In this document: piece after piece, positions 61,319 to 64,000 of the stretch
How the letters are laid out: each line of letters opens with the position of its first letter
Position numbering within the stretch: the first letter of the stretch is position 1
From: Tubulanus polymorphus
Lineage: Eukaryota; Animalia; Nemertea
Length of the DNA: 64,000 nucleotides
Assembly: GCF_964204645.1 (NCBI RefSeq)
Contig: NC_134025.1
Coordinates: forward strand, 15,066,001 to 15,130,000
Direction: 5' to 3'
Notes under the pieces: generated by a model
The model's database searches: none
What the model saw: the letters and a program-made list of their open reading frames with translations, nothing else
Told to the model about the DNA's origin: nothing
Program-made: the position numbers and the translations under genes

Positions 61319-61910
61319 TTAGGCTGGGCAAAGAAAATAACCATTCGCGTCTTTATCCTCAAAAATGAAGTCGTTCGGGTTCGCGAAATCCCGAAAAAAG
61401 TGTACCCAAAACGGGTCGAACTTGTCTGGCACCTTAACCAGCCGTACTCTGCGCCGGCGTTCCGAGGGGTTCGAATCCCCAAAGGTGACCAGAGCTGGCG
61501 CCTCGTGCTGTGTAGCACGTGGGTTTGGTTCCCACAAGGGCTCAGCGGGGGCAACCGAGGTGAGCAGTGGGTTCGTATCCCACAATGGCTCCTGATTATC
61601 TTCAATCAAACCTAATGCCTTTGGTATCGGTGGGTTAGAATCCCACAAAGGCTCCTGATTATCTGCAATCAAATCTAATGCCTTTGGTATCGGTGGGTTA
61701 GAATCCCACAAAGGCTCCCGGTGCTCTTCCGGTATTTCGAAAGGCTTAATCGGTGGGTTCGAATCCCACAATGGTTCCCGATACTCCTCCGTGCACGGGG
61801 TGGATTCGAATCCCACAATGCCTGTGTCGGCCTGTTTACTGCAGTGCGGCGCTCATTTGAGAATGCGTTCTTCGCACCACAGTGTGAACAAATAAAAATT
61901 CGAACCATTA
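61319..61910 (-). pseudogene. Gypsy accessory ORF with LWDSNP repeats, one frameshift
   Basis: MVRIFICSHCGAKN..LWDSNP shifts frame near 61795 into ORF 61319-61816, which carries further EPLWDSNPP units. Confidence 0.5.
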
Positions 61911-61961
61911 AAATTAATAAATTACAAGTAATAAAAGCTCGACACAATAATTAATCAATAC

Positions 61962-61974
61962 GGTTTCGGCACCA
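61962..61974 (-). promoter_or_regulatory. Primer-binding site complementary to the tRNA-Phe 3' end
   Basis: Minus strand reads CA-C-TGGTGCCGAAACC. Metazoan tRNA-Phe ends in GGTTTCGGCACCA. Confidence 0.85.
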
Positions 61975-61975
61975 G

Positions 61976-62828
61976 TGATACACCGCTCACAATCCTCTCT
62001 TTAATCGTTATCTATAAAATACTTGAGTAAGGCCCTGGCGAGAGAACGTGTCCGTGCACAAATCCGAATGAATAAATTGAAATACCGGATGATAATATTG
62101 AAGATAATATATTTCATTTACCTCGAACAAAGAATGATTTTCCTTATCCCTATTGTATATGAATCCCTATCGTTCCGAAGCTTCTCATGTCCTGCTGTCG
62201 ACACTCGTCTTACTAAGGTACAGATTCTCTCCTCTCTCTCGATAGCGGCCCCCTTTTGTAGAAAGAATCGGCATTCTCAGAATTCCGATTCTCCCACGCA
62301 GGGTCTTCCGCTTTTTGGCAAGGAGCAGCTACCCAACTGTCATGACCGTTTTTAGTTACGGAAAATTTAGCCCTACTGATTTGCTGATCTAAAGGTTTTT
62401 TAGAAACTGATTTGCTGATATAAACTTTTTCTTCCAACCCTCCTGTCATGACGCGTTGTGATTTACTCACTCCTTGCTTGGTTCCTGAACTTCGCTGAAA
62501 AAGCTGAAACACTGAAAAGCTGAAACGCTGAAATAAAAACGCTGAAATTTCAGGGAATTTCCGAAAAACGCCGAAATTTCAGGGAATTCCCGAAAAACGC
62601 TGAAATCGTGCTAGGTACCGACAATACACGTTTTGAAAATCATTCTTGGCCGGTGTCCGATGACGAGTCCTGAACCGTGTTTTATGCTCTTCCTTCGGTT
62701 ACAAAGACATGCCTTAAGGTCGTCGTCATGATCGACTTGATCGATTGCGGATTGCGTGGATTGTTAGATGTGTTTTTCGCCATAGTTTTATGTGCATATA
62801 CCGGTACGATCTAACAATGAAGTTATCA
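61976..62828 (-). repeat. Putative Gypsy 5' LTR
   Basis: Adjacent to the PBS with inverted ends TGATA...TATCA. The far boundary is unconfirmed because no second LTR is present. Confidence 0.6.
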
Positions 62829-64000
62829 CTTCATTTGAATAAATTCTTAATTACAGTAATATTAATTCACAATATTTTTTCTTATGTTTGGTGATTTCTT
62901 GCAACTTATCATTGCCAAGTCTCATACAAGTACGTAGCTGAATGAAAGTACAGTTAGGCTGAACGTGATAACCCAAATTAAGTGCTAGCATGGAACTAAT
63001 GATTATTTTGATTCTATTTTCGGTGTCATTGAAATTCGTTAATAAAGGTTCAACCGTCATAGTATACTGTACTTAGCATTGCTACGATTGGGTGCCATAT
63101 TTCAACAATTTCTACCAGGAGGAAGGAGTCTTTAAGTGTCTTTGTTCCCCGGTAGGGTATGGGGTAAAACCTGGTTTACTTTCTCTTTCGACTAGCCGGA
63201 GACTATTATCTGCAATGTATTGCATGCTTTGATTTGTCTGGCCTATAGGAGTCGAACGATATTTTCCCATACACAAGCTTGGCTTTAGTACTAGATGAAG
63301 GCTAGGCACTGCACATTGTGGATTGACTGGAACTCTAAACTCACAAAATTAAACGAGTCAACAAGAAAGATCCAATAATTTGACGTTTGTCTAATTATAT
63401 TATTTAACAGCTTAAAATAATACTTAACACATTCTGCAAGAGTACACAAAAGAAATCAGTTCTTACATTATATCAGAATCAATAGTTCGCTTAACTCGGG
63501 CTTGAATTCTGGTTCCATTGCTTTAAATTCTAATGAAATTCACTAGCATACCTTAGAATATTGCTTAGCTTAAGATAAAAAATTTGGTACCAGGAAAACG
63601 GGAAGTAAAGTGGGTGTACTGTACATCCCCAATTGACTTATTTCTCTCTGGTTGAATCAAGTTATTACTGAAATAGCATTCGAATAGCCATTTTGTTTTT
63701 AAAAATTGTGTCGTTCAGCTATCCTGCTGCAAATTTCGCAGTTCAAGTTAACTAGTGCCATCTGATTTCTCAGTATCTCAAATTTGCACATTCTTAGCCC
63801 GAGTCTAAAAATAGAAAAAAAGTGCATTTAAAGTAGGAAATAAAAGAATAGTGGCTAACACACTCTGGAGATATAGCCTATGGGGTGGGCCTAGTTTGAA
63901 AGCACTGAGGTCCGAGGGGACAGCACTTAGTAAATAAATACTGAAATCAAACTTACAAAACACCCAATACTTGAGATGATGTACTTGACAAGAAGTGTGT

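Larger units (their letters stand above)
56704..62828 (-). mobile_element. Ty3/Gypsy LTR retrotransposon, 5' half (LTR, PBS, accessory ORFs, gag, protease)
   Basis: Putative LTR, tRNA-Phe PBS, gag with a CCHC knuckle and a DTGA protease. Breaks off at DTGDAAPIRKRPYRV, just before the RT. Confidence 0.88.

Noticed and set aside
61465-61820. CRISPR-like repeat-spacer array
   Set aside because: Repeats are short and degenerate, spacers are irregular and partly duplicated, the array lies in a Gypsy ORF, and there are no cas genes.
63112-63309. Possible host exon
   Set aside because: No recognisable domain and no consistent splice structure.

Overview
AT-rich eukaryotic (probably invertebrate) DNA made almost entirely of nested mobile elements; no clear host gene. 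The main feature is a cluster of four related Polinton/Maverick (adintovirus-like) endogenous viral elements: A (9.9-16.7 kb, partial), B (22.6-23.4 kb, one terminus), C (28.9-53.0 kb, near complete) and D (53.0-56.7 kb, partial). C carries an HNH-like nuclease, an RVE integrase with chromodomain, a packaging ATPase, several membrane proteins, major and minor capsid proteins and a protein-primed PolB. A young full-length BEL/Pao LTR element splits the major capsid gene of C. Also present: a DIRS-like retrotransposon, CR1/L2-type LINE remnants, Harbinger- and MULE-type non-autonomous elements, a Sola1-like transposase, satellites and a 3'-truncated Gypsy element. Most unusual: (1) the Polinton ends are long fold-back hairpins with conserved, strand-biased G.T mismatches; (2) nearly all Polinton genes start in poxvirus-like TAAATG or TAAAATG contexts of two classes, suggesting dependence on a helper virus; (3) the structural cassette of C is inverted between diverged inverted repeats; (4) the Gypsy leader has two accessory ORFs, one with three PLDLS CtBP-binding motifs and one built from tRNA T-arm-like repeats. 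All calls come from reading the sequence by eye; no database search was run.
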